Origin: a virus
Lineage: Duplodnaviria > Caudoviricetes
IMG/VR virus record: IMGVR_UViG_3300032116_000002
Length of the DNA stretch: 64,000 bases
Strand: one strand, 5' to 3'
The position numbers and the translations under genes are program-made. Shown one piece after another: positions 7,658 through 17,201 of the stretch. The notes beneath the pieces are model-generated. The model ran no database searches and had not been told where the DNA came from. It was given only the letters and a program-made list of their open reading frames with translations. Position 1 is the stretch's first letter; each line of letters opens with the position of its first letter.

Positions 7658-8685
7658 GATATCCAAGAAATTATACAAGCATTCACATAGAGTTAACAGA
7701 CAAGTGTCAAGCAAGTTGTCCAATGTGCGCACGTAACTACAATGGTGGTGCTGAAAGACCCTTTGTTGGTCAATCAGAGATTACACTAGAAGATTTTAAA
7801 CGTTGGGTAGATGTTGAGATATTAGAAAATTTATATTATTTTTACGCTTGTGGTAATTACGGAGATCCTATTATCGCTAAAGATTGTTTAGAAATTTTTA
7901 GATATGTTAGGGAAAATAGTGACACACGGTTGAGCATCCATACTAACGGTGGTGCAAGAAATACTAAATGGTGGCATGATTTAGCTGATGCAATGCGTGG
8001 CGATCATGAAGTTACATTTGGAATAGATGGATTTGCAGATAGTCATGTACTATATCGTAGAGGAACTGATTATAATAAAATTATCGACAACGCAAAGGCA
8101 TTTATTGATAACGGTGGATATGCTACAGTAGATACACTTATCTTCAAACACAATGAAGATGAAGCTAAGGCATTCGAAGAAGAAATGCTACGTATAGGAT
8201 TTAAATCTGTAAACTTCAAATCTACCCAACGTTTCTATGATATGGATAAGTTTCCTGTACAGGATACTAAAGGTAACTTAGAATATTATCTTGAACCTCC
8301 AACTAAAGAACCATTTAAAAGGATGAACTTCTTAAAGTTAGAAGATATTAGCAAAGATATTTCTATTTGGGAGAACATCGTTGCTACTACTAACGTTGAT
8401 CCTAAATGTATGAATAAGAATGAAATTTATATTGATAGCAGAGGCAATGTACTGCCCTGTTGTTGGGTAGGTTCAGATATGCTTGAAGAACCGTTAGACG
8501 TAAGTTTAACTATTCATAATCTTAGAAACAAATTAGTAGATAACACAAAAGAACATTTTGGTAAGTTTACAGGTCTTAATTTAAATGACTTGCCATTAGA
8601 TTATATTTTAGAAAGTGAAGCTTGGGCACTATTACATGATAAAGATATTAAGCCATGGATATGTACTAAGAATTGTTCAGCATGA
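7654..8685 (+). CDS. Radical SAM enzyme with SPASM/twitch-like C-terminus
   Basis: CQASCPMC, CGNYGDP, HTNGG; C-terminal PKC...PCC...C...C. Confidence 0.9.
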   Translation: MRYPRNYTSIHIELTDKCQASCPMCARNYNGGAERPFVGQSEITLEDFKRWVDVEILENLYYFYACGNYGDPIIAKDCLEIFRYVRENSDTRLSIHTNGGARNTKWWHDLADAMRGDHEVTFGIDGFADSHVLYRRGTDYNKIIDNAKAFIDNGGYATVDTLIFKHNEDEAKAFEEEMLRIGFKSVNFKSTQRFYDMDKFPVQDTKGNLEYYLEPPTKEPFKRMNFLKLEDISKDISIWENIVATTNVDPKCMNKNEIYIDSRGNVLPCCWVGSDMLEEPLDVSLTIHNLRNKLVDNTKEHFGKFTGLNLNDLPLDYILESEAWALLHDKDIKPWICTKNCSA

Positions 8686-9935
8686 TTAATTTATTCTACG
8701 ACAATTTAATTACAGGAAATGGTTCAAGTGAAATTGATAATCCAGTTCGCCCCACAATTAGCATTACACACCATTTAACTCAGTTGGGCGTAGAATTCAC
8801 AACTCATCAAATCAATTCAGAAACCAAACTAGACCACAATCAAACTAATTTATACGTTATTGAATTAATGTATGGGAATAAGATTGATGAGATATTTAAA
8901 AATTTAAGTGAGCAGGCACTAACATTTTTACGCAATGACATAAAGCTATTAGTTTATTTTCCATATGAGGGTTTTGAACTCAAATTATACGAAAATTGGT
9001 TTTATAAATTACACAAAGGGTTTATAAACCATAATATCACTTGCAAAAAATACTTTGTATTTAATAACTTGTATATGGAAGACCATTACAAGCATTTTTT
9101 ATTAGAAAATACGATAGGTGAACAGTTTCAATTCAACAACGTGTTCGGGTTCCCCTATTTTCAATTCGAATACTATCACACAGTAAAAGAACAAGTTGAA
9201 GAAGGACTTCCACAAGTTAAAGTAGAAAACCTTTTTAACAAAGATAAAGATTATTTGTGCTTAAATTCTAAAATAAGAGCCCATAGAGTGTTTTTAGTAA
9301 GTGAGTTGGAACGTAGAGAAATAGAAAAAAATTGTTATCTAAGTATGATGGGTAGCACATTTAAGTACGACGAAACTACAATAGAATTTGCCAAAAATGT
9401 ATTATCGCAATACATGAAAAACTCCGAGATGGTTAGTCAACCAATGATTGATGGGGTGCGTAAATACGTTGATGATTGGAAAGAACGACTTTTAGATAGT
9501 GATGCTAATAACTTAAACGACAGAGTATTAGATCCAAAATACTATGAGTCAAGTTTCTTCAGTATAGTAAGCGAAACTGGAATGAGTCATCATTTAAGAT
9601 TGACTGAAAAGCCATTCAGAGCGATAGTAAACTATCACCCATATATTATTGTGGGATGTAACGGTACTTTAGAATATCTAAAGTCATTAGGTTTTGAAAC
9701 TTTCCCTGAATTGTTTGATGAAAGTTATGATAATGAACCAGATATGGCTAAACGATTATTAATGGTAATTAATGAGGTAGAAAAGTTTGTCAATCTTACA
9801 TTCGACGAAAAAATGTCGAGATATAGAATGGTACACGATAAAGTATTACACAACAGAGAAGTATTTTTTAATAAAGTCGCAGTTGATACTATTAATGACT
9901 TTAAAAAGATTTTTGAGTATATAAAAAATGACTGA
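8682..9935 (+). CDS. Glycosyltransferase-like protein (GT10/fucosyltransferase-like C-terminal motif)
   Basis: FSIVSET..LTEKPF.AI....PYIIVG..GTL.YL.SLGF.TF pattern. The start is more likely the ATG at 8682 (ATGA overlap) than the TTG at 8673. Confidence 0.55.
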   Translation: MINLFYDNLITGNGSSEIDNPVRPTISITHHLTQLGVEFTTHQINSETKLDHNQTNLYVIELMYGNKIDEIFKNLSEQALTFLRNDIKLLVYFPYEGFELKLYENWFYKLHKGFINHNITCKKYFVFNNLYMEDHYKHFLLENTIGEQFQFNNVFGFPYFQFEYYHTVKEQVEEGLPQVKVENLFNKDKDYLCLNSKIRAHRVFLVSELERREIEKNCYLSMMGSTFKYDETTIEFAKNVLSQYMKNSEMVSQPMIDGVRKYVDDWKERLLDSDANNLNDRVLDPKYYESSFFSIVSETGMSHHLRLTEKPFRAIVNYHPYIIVGCNGTLEYLKSLGFETFPELFDESYDNEPDMAKRLLMVINEVEKFVNLTFDEKMSRYRMVHDKVLHNREVFFNKVAVDTINDFKKIFEYIKND

Positions 9936-11340
9936 ACAATTTTGGAAAACACACAACAGCCCTAAACTGGCTGAACTACAGACAAACATAGAGCAACTAG
10001 CCGGTACAGATACATTCTGTGTATTACCTTGGATACACTTTGCTACTAGACCAAATGGCGATATGAGATTATGCTGCTCTGCTAATGCAAGCGGTGCAGG
10101 ACTAGATCATACAGTTGGATTAGTAAAAAACGAAACAGGAAAGCCTGCTAACTTTGGTAAAGAAACTCCATTAAGTGCATGGAACAATGACTACATGAAA
10201 AGTGTACGCACAACTATGCTACGGAATGAAATACCTAGTAGTTGCAGTAAGTGCTTTGAAGAAGAAGGTAAAGGTGTAGTCAGTAAGCGTATGTGGGAAA
10301 GCAACACATGGATGGCTGATGGTTTAGATATACCTGAACTCGTAAGACAAACACAAGAAGATGGCACTATACCTGACAAACTTGTTTACTTAGACTTGCG
10401 TTTAGGTCATACGTGTAATCTTAAATGTATTATGTGTAGCCCACATGATAGTAGTAAATGGGTACAAGATTACAAAAAAGTGTTTCCTATACTACAAAGT
10501 GAGGTAGTTAAATCACAAATTGCATGGGAGCAATCAGAGTTTAATAATCAATGGTATGAGAATCCATCGTTCTGGGAACAGATGTTTGAGCAGATTCCTA
10601 ATCTCAAACAAGTGTACTTTGCAGGTGGTGAACCACTAATGATCAAAGAACACAAAATGTTTTTAGAAGAAATCATACGCAGAGGATATGCTGATAAGAT
10701 ATTAATTCGTTACAACAGTAATGGATTGTTATTAGATCAGGATACAATTGATTTATGGAAACAGTTTAAGAAAGTTAAATTCGCAGTAAGTATTGATGAC
10801 ATTGGAGATAGAAATTACTTCATACGTTATCCAGCAGATTGGGCCACACTTGAAAAGAACATGCACATTCTAGATCAGACACCTAGCAACATTCATGTGA
10901 GTATCGCAACTGCTATTCAAATACTTAATATTAAAACGTTACCTGAACTAGCAAAGTGGAAGATTAATCAAGGATTCAAAAAGATTAATTTAGAAAATGT
11001 ATACGACGGTGTACAAGCAGGTGGCGGTATATTCAATATGCATTTGCTCTATATACCAACATTCTTAAGTTGTAGACTATTGCCTGAAGAAGATAAACGT
11101 GAAGTTCGTAAGATATACGGTGAGTTTGCTACATGGCTACATGAGAATTATAGACAAGATGAAGATTTTTGGAAGATAAATCCATATGGCTGGAAGCGTT
11201 GGCAAGCTATACTAGACTTTATGGATGCAGAAGATCATACGCATTTATTACCAGACTTTAAAGAATACATTCACAAAATGGATAATATTCGTGGCACTGA
11301 CTTTAAACAAATATTCCCTGGATTAGCACACTTACTATGA
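9928..11340 (+). CDS. Radical SAM enzyme with N-terminal twitch-like domain
   Basis: N-terminal CVLPW..RLCC..CSKC; CNLKCIMC; FAGGEP. Confidence 0.9.
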   Translation: MTEQFWKTHNSPKLAELQTNIEQLAGTDTFCVLPWIHFATRPNGDMRLCCSANASGAGLDHTVGLVKNETGKPANFGKETPLSAWNNDYMKSVRTTMLRNEIPSSCSKCFEEEGKGVVSKRMWESNTWMADGLDIPELVRQTQEDGTIPDKLVYLDLRLGHTCNLKCIMCSPHDSSKWVQDYKKVFPILQSEVVKSQIAWEQSEFNNQWYENPSFWEQMFEQIPNLKQVYFAGGEPLMIKEHKMFLEEIIRRGYADKILIRYNSNGLLLDQDTIDLWKQFKKVKFAVSIDDIGDRNYFIRYPADWATLEKNMHILDQTPSNIHVSIATAIQILNIKTLPELAKWKINQGFKKINLENVYDGVQAGGGIFNMHLLYIPTFLSCRLLPEEDKREVRKIYGEFATWLHENYRQDEDFWKINPYGWKRWQAILDFMDAEDHTHLLPDFKEYIHKMDNIRGTDFKQIFPGLAHLL

Positions 11341-12344
11341 AAAAGATCATTAAGATAATAAACGTACAAGAAAACAATGTACTGGACATACGCTTTTGGC
11401 CTACGGATATATGTAATTATGATTGCAGTTATTGCTTTCCAAATAGTAAAGATGCCATATATAGATATCCAAAAAATGTTGACACCGTAGTCAGAAACTT
11501 TAGAAAACTTTTTAATGTTTACAATGAAAAGTTTGGTAAAGACACATTCTATATTAACTTAGTAGGTGGTGGTGAACCAACACTATGGCCTCAGTTCAGT
11601 TATTTTTGTGAACACATTAAGAAAGAACACAATGTAAGACTACAAGTTACTACAAATGGTAGCAGAACACTACGTTGGTGGGAAGAAAATATACAGTACC
11701 TAGATAAAGTTGTGTTAAGTTGCCACAATGAATTTGTAGATTTAGAAAATTTTATTAATGTTGCGGATTATGTGTATGAGCAAGGCAAAGTTATAAATGC
11801 ACTTGTTCTTATGGATGCGCCTAACTTTGATAAGTGTGTAAACATAGTAGAAACTATGAAGTCTACTAGCAAACATCCATGGCTGATTGAAGTAAAAACT
11901 GTTGTAGATAGTCCTGGACACGATGTTGGTTCGTACACAGAAGAACAATTAAAATATATGCGTATGGGACTTAAGAGAATACCAGATGGAGAGTGGATAC
12001 TTAAGCACATGGATCAATTAGTTCCATTCAAAAGCATTGGAATGTTTGATGATGGTTCTGTAAAGCCATTTAAACCTGATGACTATATTAGTCAACAAAT
12101 AAACAATTTTTACAATTGGAAATGTAACGTGTCAATTGAAAATCTTGTTATCAGCTATGATGGTAAAGTAACCGGTAGCTGTCAGGAAGAAGTATTCACT
12201 AATACGAATCTTAATATGTTTAGTGAAAACTTTGAAGAAGAATTCAATAGTGAGGCACTTGCACTGAAACCAATTATATGTCCTAGATTACACTGTGGAT
12301 GTACGCCAGATACGCATATCACTAAAGAGAAGGTGCAAACTTAG
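11337..12344 (+). CDS. Radical SAM enzyme
   Basis: CNYDCSYC, GGGEPT, TTNGS; C-terminal C...GSC...CPRLHCGC. Confidence 0.9.
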   Translation: MKKIIKIINVQENNVLDIRFWPTDICNYDCSYCFPNSKDAIYRYPKNVDTVVRNFRKLFNVYNEKFGKDTFYINLVGGGEPTLWPQFSYFCEHIKKEHNVRLQVTTNGSRTLRWWEENIQYLDKVVLSCHNEFVDLENFINVADYVYEQGKVINALVLMDAPNFDKCVNIVETMKSTSKHPWLIEVKTVVDSPGHDVGSYTEEQLKYMRMGLKRIPDGEWILKHMDQLVPFKSIGMFDDGSVKPFKPDDYISQQINNFYNWKCNVSIENLVISYDGKVTGSCQEEVFTNTNLNMFSENFEEEFNSEALALKPIICPRLHCGCTPDTHITKEKVQT

Positions 12345-13209
12345 TAATAGGAATGTCAGCCGCACATGTGCAGAACTCTCTTGTACATGTGATAGGCTCT
12401 TTGGGTATATCAAAAGTACCATTGTAGATATTACCCAAACTACCGCCTACTCTGCAAGTCGCACGATGTACTTCACCATCCCAGTTAATCATCAAGCTTT
12501 CTAATCCTATATTACAAGTCCAATCTTTGAACTTGTTGAGGTGTAATTTAATAATTTCATTAGCATGATACTTGTGTTCATCATCTACAACGGTGTTAGG
12601 TTGCGTTTTAGCCTCGTACCCTTTTATCCAATCTAAATCATTCTGATCGTATTTCATATCATCAAACAAATCATGATCACCTTCAGTCCAACGAACACGA
12701 CGGATGATATGATGAACTCCGTGCTGCTGTAGTATATCAACTGCTTCTCTAACATCTTTCATTAGGTCTTGATGAGCCATTACATGTACGACAGTAGTTC
12801 TAAACTTGCTTACTTCAACAATTGTTTTTAGTACTCTTCTCCAATCATATTCAAAGTGTAAACTGAAAACAAATTGATCGGCTTTTTGTTGTAGATACCA
12901 TGAGTAAGGTCTAGTACCATTTGTAGTAACGCTTACCCATTCTACTTTATTATCTTTTGCATGTTTAATTATTTCTTCAAAGTTGGGATGTACTGTTGGT
13001 TCACCACCCGTAAAACTTAACCTAATAGGTCTACCTATATCAAGTAATTTATTAATAGAACGTTTAATTATTTCAATATCAGTATGTGGACTGGTGTTGT
13101 CATGTATAACCGCAGGACAATAACTACAATCGTAATTGCACCGCTTACCTAAATTCCATTCTACTTTAATAGAATTTTGATGCGACCATCTGCTAGTAAC
13201 TTTAAACAT
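12322..13209 (-). CDS. Radical SAM enzyme
   Basis: CNYDCSYC, FTGGEPT, TTNGT; C-terminal CNIG...ATC...CTREFCTC. Confidence 0.9.
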   Translation of the reverse strand: MFKVTSRWSHQNSIKVEWNLGKRCNYDCSYCPAVIHDNTSPHTDIEIIKRSINKLLDIGRPIRLSFTGGEPTVHPNFEEIIKHAKDNKVEWVSVTTNGTRPYSWYLQQKADQFVFSLHFEYDWRRVLKTIVEVSKFRTTVVHVMAHQDLMKDVREAVDILQQHGVHHIIRRVRWTEGDHDLFDDMKYDQNDLDWIKGYEAKTQPNTVVDDEHKYHANEIIKLHLNKFKDWTCNIGLESLMINWDGEVHRATCRVGGSLGNIYNGTFDIPKEPITCTREFCTCAADIPITKFAPSL

Positions 13210-14476
13210 ATGGTGCGAACTCTTTAATTACGCTTTCTAGAGGACCTTGATTTCTTGTTTTATCTAATCTACGATTGAATTCTACAAACTCTGACCATAA
13301 ATTATGTTGATCTCTAGCTTCCAAATAGTTTATATTATCTCTTATCTGTTGTCTAGTTATTCTTTCTAACAAAGGATGCTTTTTAATATTTTCAAATGTC
13401 CACAATCTTTTTTCAACAGATTCTAATCTATCTATAGCTAACTCTTTTAACTCAGTAGGCAATACCTGAGCAGATAAACAATTAGGATAACTGACTCTAT
13501 GACTGTAGAATACAATATTCATTTCATTGATAAAGTAATCTATACATTCTGCTGCTTGTAATATGTTACCTGCTTGTGCAGTGAATGCGCCAACTATTCT
13601 ACTAATGTTAGGTAGTGTTTGCATCTCTTTAATGTTCTTCTCTACCTCAGCAAAGTTGCTATTGCTTCTAATATAGTTGTAAACATCATGTATGCCGTCT
13701 AAGCTAACATTGACTGCGATACTCTTAAAGTGTGGCCAATAATCATGTATCGTTCTATTCTTGCTGATGCCTAATGTTGTTCCGTTAGTAGCATACTTCA
13801 ACTCCATGTTCTTACCATATGGCTTTAGCATATCTAATATCTTATAATGCTGTGGATCCATTAATGGCTCGCCACCTGCAAACTCAACACGACGGAAATG
13901 TGGTATTAGTTTTTCAAAGCTGTTCCACCAATTCTCTGTATCGTCAAATGGGCCTATATATTGTCCGGGCTTGTCAACAAGTTTTGCTACAGTTGGTACA
14001 AGATAATTATTTTCTTTTTCATAGAATGGTTTTACTTCATTCCAATCTTGCCAACTTGTACTATCAAGTGGGTTACACATTCTACACTTAAGATTACATA
14101 GATTATTCAATTTGATTTCCATTGTAGGGAACTCAAATGGCATTGAGTAATCATCATTTAAATTGTCTAGTGCGTTTGGGTATAAATTAATTCTAGCTTC
14201 TGGTATAACACCATTGATGTGTCGTTGTCTTAAACTCTCTACACCTTGATCTTCTAAATCAAAGCAAGGCTTACAAACATCAGGTCTTTCACCATTCAAT
14301 ATTTGTTGTCTCACTTTTTTCATTTCATCGTTGTTCCACGCTGATTCTAAACTTTCGTTCTGAATCCAACCTATGGGTAGACTACGACAACAAATTTTTA
14401 TCGCACCATCTTCTCTAGTAGCAAGCCCTGTAAAGGGATGCATACAAAATGTTTTACTTTGATTGTTCAACTGCAT
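13202..14476 (-). CDS. Radical SAM enzyme with N-terminal twitch-like domain (paralog of 9928-11340)
   Basis: CMHPF..ICC..CKPC; CNLKCRMC; FAGGEP. Start placed at ATG 14476 rather than 14536. Confidence 0.9.
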   Translation of the reverse strand: MQLNNQSKTFCMHPFTGLATREDGAIKICCRSLPIGWIQNESLESAWNNDEMKKVRQQILNGERPDVCKPCFDLEDQGVESLRQRHINGVIPEARINLYPNALDNLNDDYSMPFEFPTMEIKLNNLCNLKCRMCNPLDSTSWQDWNEVKPFYEKENNYLVPTVAKLVDKPGQYIGPFDDTENWWNSFEKLIPHFRRVEFAGGEPLMDPQHYKILDMLKPYGKNMELKYATNGTTLGISKNRTIHDYWPHFKSIAVNVSLDGIHDVYNYIRSNSNFAEVEKNIKEMQTLPNISRIVGAFTAQAGNILQAAECIDYFINEMNIVFYSHRVSYPNCLSAQVLPTELKELAIDRLESVEKRLWTFENIKKHPLLERITRQQIRDNINYLEARDQHNLWSEFVEFNRRLDKTRNQGPLESVIKEFAPYV

Positions 14477-15233
14477 ACTCTCTTTCTTTGCACCAAAAGC
14501 ATTCACCGCATACAGGAACATGTTGACCCCGCACATAGGTTTTGTAGTCTAACTCTGGAAACTCGCCCTCACAACTTCTGGTTAAATTAAATAATCTCAT
14601 TATTCCTAATATTCTATATTGTAACACAACCCATGACTTATCTATGAATCTAAAGGGATGACATGCCAATATATCTAAATGGTTCATTACCATTAATCTA
14701 AAATTTTCTTCATTTGGTTCAACATCTCTTGCTGATAAGCTATAATCATGCAAATTTACTTCTGGGTTTTTAGTTACCGCGTTAAAATATGCGTCAACCT
14801 TATTGTGAAAACTTACATACTCAGCCCATGCTCGTAATTCCATTGTATCACCACTGACTGTTTTACCATATTCATCAGTCAAGTTCTGACCACTAAAGCC
14901 ATGTTCTAATTCAGGTGGTACGAAATTTTCATGTATAGTAAAATGTATTTCTGGGAAATGTTTTTCAAAGTAATCAACAACAATATCTCTTACAGGACCT
15001 TGCCAAGGTCTAGTTTTCCAACATCTTATATTACATACTAAGTGTATGTCAATTTTGGCTTTTGTATCTAGTATTTTCTTGCATAGTAAATAGAGCAATA
15101 ATGCTGAATCAGCACCACCGCTTAATGCTAAACTGATTCTGCGCCATCTAGGGTCAAATGGTATAATTAATCCATTAAAGTTATCTACAGGTCCTGTATA
15201 ATTTTTGTAGAGTTCATTGATTTTTTCTAACAT
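14454..15233 (-). CDS. QueC-like PP-loop ATPase
   Basis: LSGGADS PP-loop, HPF...K, TRSC, CGECFWCKER Zn motif; matches the QueC pattern. Confidence 0.75.
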   Translation of the reverse strand: MLEKINELYKNYTGPVDNFNGLIIPFDPRWRRISLALSGGADSALLLYLLCKKILDTKAKIDIHLVCNIRCWKTRPWQGPVRDIVVDYFEKHFPEIHFTIHENFVPPELEHGFSGQNLTDEYGKTVSGDTMELRAWAEYVSFHNKVDAYFNAVTKNPEVNLHDYSLSARDVEPNEENFRLMVMNHLDILACHPFRFIDKSWVVLQYRILGIMRLFNLTRSCEGEFPELDYKTYVRGQHVPVCGECFWCKEREYAVEQSK

Positions 15234-15240
15234 AACAAGC

Positions 15241-15256
15241 TATTTATAACTAAATA
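15241..15256. promoter_or_regulatory. Back-to-back late promoter motifs (TAAATA on both strands)
   Basis: Minus TAAATA at 15241-15246 (7 nt from ATG 15233) and plus TAAATA at 15251-15256 (5 nt from ATG 15262), within a 28-nt divergent gap. Confidence 0.6.
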
Positions 15257-15261
15257 CCTGT

Positions 15262-15936
15262 ATGATCAATAAAACAGAATGGTATATTCCTAGTGAGTTA
15301 CTAGAAGAAGCGATAGGCACACTCCCAAATATAGACTATAGACTAACACTAAACGAACCTACGGGTAGATTCTTTTATGACAAATGGAAAGTAAAAGAAG
15401 AATTTGTAGGTACAGTTTGGGAAGAAATACTTAACTCATTGCCATACGAAAAGGGTGAGGCAAGATTAATTAAATTAGAACCAGGTACTACATATATGTC
15501 ACATGCTGATTTAGATGATCGTTGGCATATGTCATTAACTGGTAACCAAAGCTATCTCATTAATTTGTCAGATGACATTATGTATAAATTAGATATTGAT
15601 GGTTATTGGCATAGTATGAATGCAGGAAAACTACATGTAGCCGCTAACTTTGGTGAGATACCAAGAGTACAATTAGTTGTAAGACAATTACTAAAACAAC
15701 CTAAATATACATCAGATTTTGTTCAATTAAAAATAATTCCAGCTATAGAAAGATTTGATAGTAGGTACCAATTTGATAAAACAATTAGTCCATGGTTAAA
15801 TCAACATATTAAGACAGGTGATATCAGCGATTTATCAGTAGAGAATGGAATCGTTAGTATGAAACTATTTGATGGTTTTCTGATTAAATTAAATGAAATT
15901 GTGAAACCTTATTTTAAGGTAGTTCTTTCCAACTAG
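15262..15936 (+). CDS. Asp/Asn beta-hydroxylase-like (2OG-Fe(II)) protein with extra C-terminal domain
   Basis: RLIKLEPG...HAD.D.RWH and LHVAAN. Confidence 0.7.
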   Translation: MINKTEWYIPSELLEEAIGTLPNIDYRLTLNEPTGRFFYDKWKVKEEFVGTVWEEILNSLPYEKGEARLIKLEPGTTYMSHADLDDRWHMSLTGNQSYLINLSDDIMYKLDIDGYWHSMNAGKLHVAANFGEIPRVQLVVRQLLKQPKYTSDFVQLKIIPAIERFDSRYQFDKTISPWLNQHIKTGDISDLSVENGIVSMKLFDGFLIKLNEIVKPYFKVVLSN

Positions 15937-16483
15937 GGTATTTACTTAAACTCTCGTAAAACTTGTCAGGGAATATCTGCCATACAGTCTGATCTATTCC
16001 CCTATAGAATACATCTTTGACTTTCTTAGCGATACCCATTTCTTGCAAAGTAGGAAAGTAAACTTTATGTACTAAACTTTGTTTACCTACTTTACTATCA
16101 TTACTTGTAGCATATAACCTGTCCGTATCAGCCCACTCAATACACTGTGGCATATAATACTGATCTGTAACATGTTGATGCGTTTGTATTCTTTTATAAG
16201 GACTTATTAATCCTTTTTCCAATGCTGTAATCTCAGGAAACACACAAACTCTACTTAGTATCCTATAACTACCATCGCCCATAACATCGTCAAATGTATG
16301 TGCTGCTACTGATCCAACTGCTTTATCATCTTGATATAGTACCCAAACATTCCATCGTTCTTCTTTGCGGAAGCAATCAACCATAACATGTTGACTGCTA
16401 TTGTTTAGAAAGCCTTTACTTTCAGCAGTTCTATAAAAATCATTAAGATTGAGCTTAGGATCCCATTCTACAAGTTTAAGCAT
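15914..16483 (-). CDS. GNAT-fold acetyltransferase-like protein
   Basis: WVLYQDDKAVGSVAA..YRILSRVCVFP; GNAT beta-strand order. Confidence 0.5.
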   Translation of the reverse strand: MLKLVEWDPKLNLNDFYRTAESKGFLNNSSQHVMVDCFRKEERWNVWVLYQDDKAVGSVAAHTFDDVMGDGSYRILSRVCVFPEITALEKGLISPYKRIQTHQHVTDQYYMPQCIEWADTDRLYATSNDSKVGKQSLVHKVYFPTLQEMGIAKKVKDVFYRGIDQTVWQIFPDKFYESLSKYPSWKELP

Positions 16484-17165
16484 ATATCTCTTTAGCCTTG
16501 TTTATAAAATCTATAGGATAGTTGTTACTAAAACTATCAAAGCATAATATCTGTGCTTTTTGTAGGGGTGTAGGTTCGTCCCAACTTATACCTTTACTTT
16601 CACTGTATTTTTGTAACTCTAGTCTACGGTTACTACTAATATGACTTAGTACATCACTTATCTTTATTGTTTCTTCATCACCGCTGTATGTGAAAAAATA
16701 ATTGATGCTTTTTAATTTACCATCAACAATAAAGTAACTACTAGGATGCATACTAAATTTATATAAGTTTAAACTTCTGTGTGCTTTGATTATCTCTAGC
16801 ATTTGTTCTTGCCAGTCGGGTAATATATTATTATAGTTTTCTTCCAAACAGCCTGATTGTTCCCAAAAATCATCACCATCTACTTCTAAGTAAATCTTCT
16901 TATTAATTAAATCTATTTCTCTAATATTAGGAACTAAATCAGGAAACTCTTTACTCATAAGATAAATGTATTGTAGTTCTCTATCCCACTTCTCTTGCAT
17001 CTTTTCGGGATCAACGACTTCATTCATACCCTTATGATAGTCTGTATCATTGTGATACCATTTTACAAATGTTTTCTTGTCATCAGACATTAAACTTGTA
17101 TAGATTAAATTATTTCTGCACTGACCAATACCAGGCACATTATTGTAATAGTAAGAATAGCTCAT
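16476..17165 (-). CDS. Protein-kinase-like fold protein with degenerate catalytic motifs
   Basis: FVKW, WDREL, VPNI, IYLE, FSMHPSSY, SINYFF aligned by eye to kinase subdomains. Confidence 0.5.
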   Translation of the reverse strand: MSYSYYYNNVPGIGQCRNNLIYTSLMSDDKKTFVKWYHNDTDYHKGMNEVVDPEKMQEKWDRELQYIYLMSKEFPDLVPNIREIDLINKKIYLEVDGDDFWEQSGCLEENYNNILPDWQEQMLEIIKAHRSLNLYKFSMHPSSYFIVDGKLKSINYFFTYSGDEETIKISDVLSHISSNRRLELQKYSESKGISWDEPTPLQKAQILCFDSFSNNYPIDFINKAKEIYA

Positions 17166-17172
17166 ATAAATA
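17165..17172 (+). promoter_or_regulatory. Full T4 late promoter consensus TATAAATA
   Basis: Exact match 29 nt upstream of ATG 17202. Confidence 0.65.
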
Positions 17173-17201
17173 CTTATAATTCAAAATAGGGAACCAAAAA
17201 A

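Noticed and set aside
5554-13209. Calling the type A radical SAMs nrdG or queE
   Set aside because: No NrdD partner; class Ia RNR is present; they are longer and carry extra Cys-rich domains; no other que genes apart from the QueC-like one.
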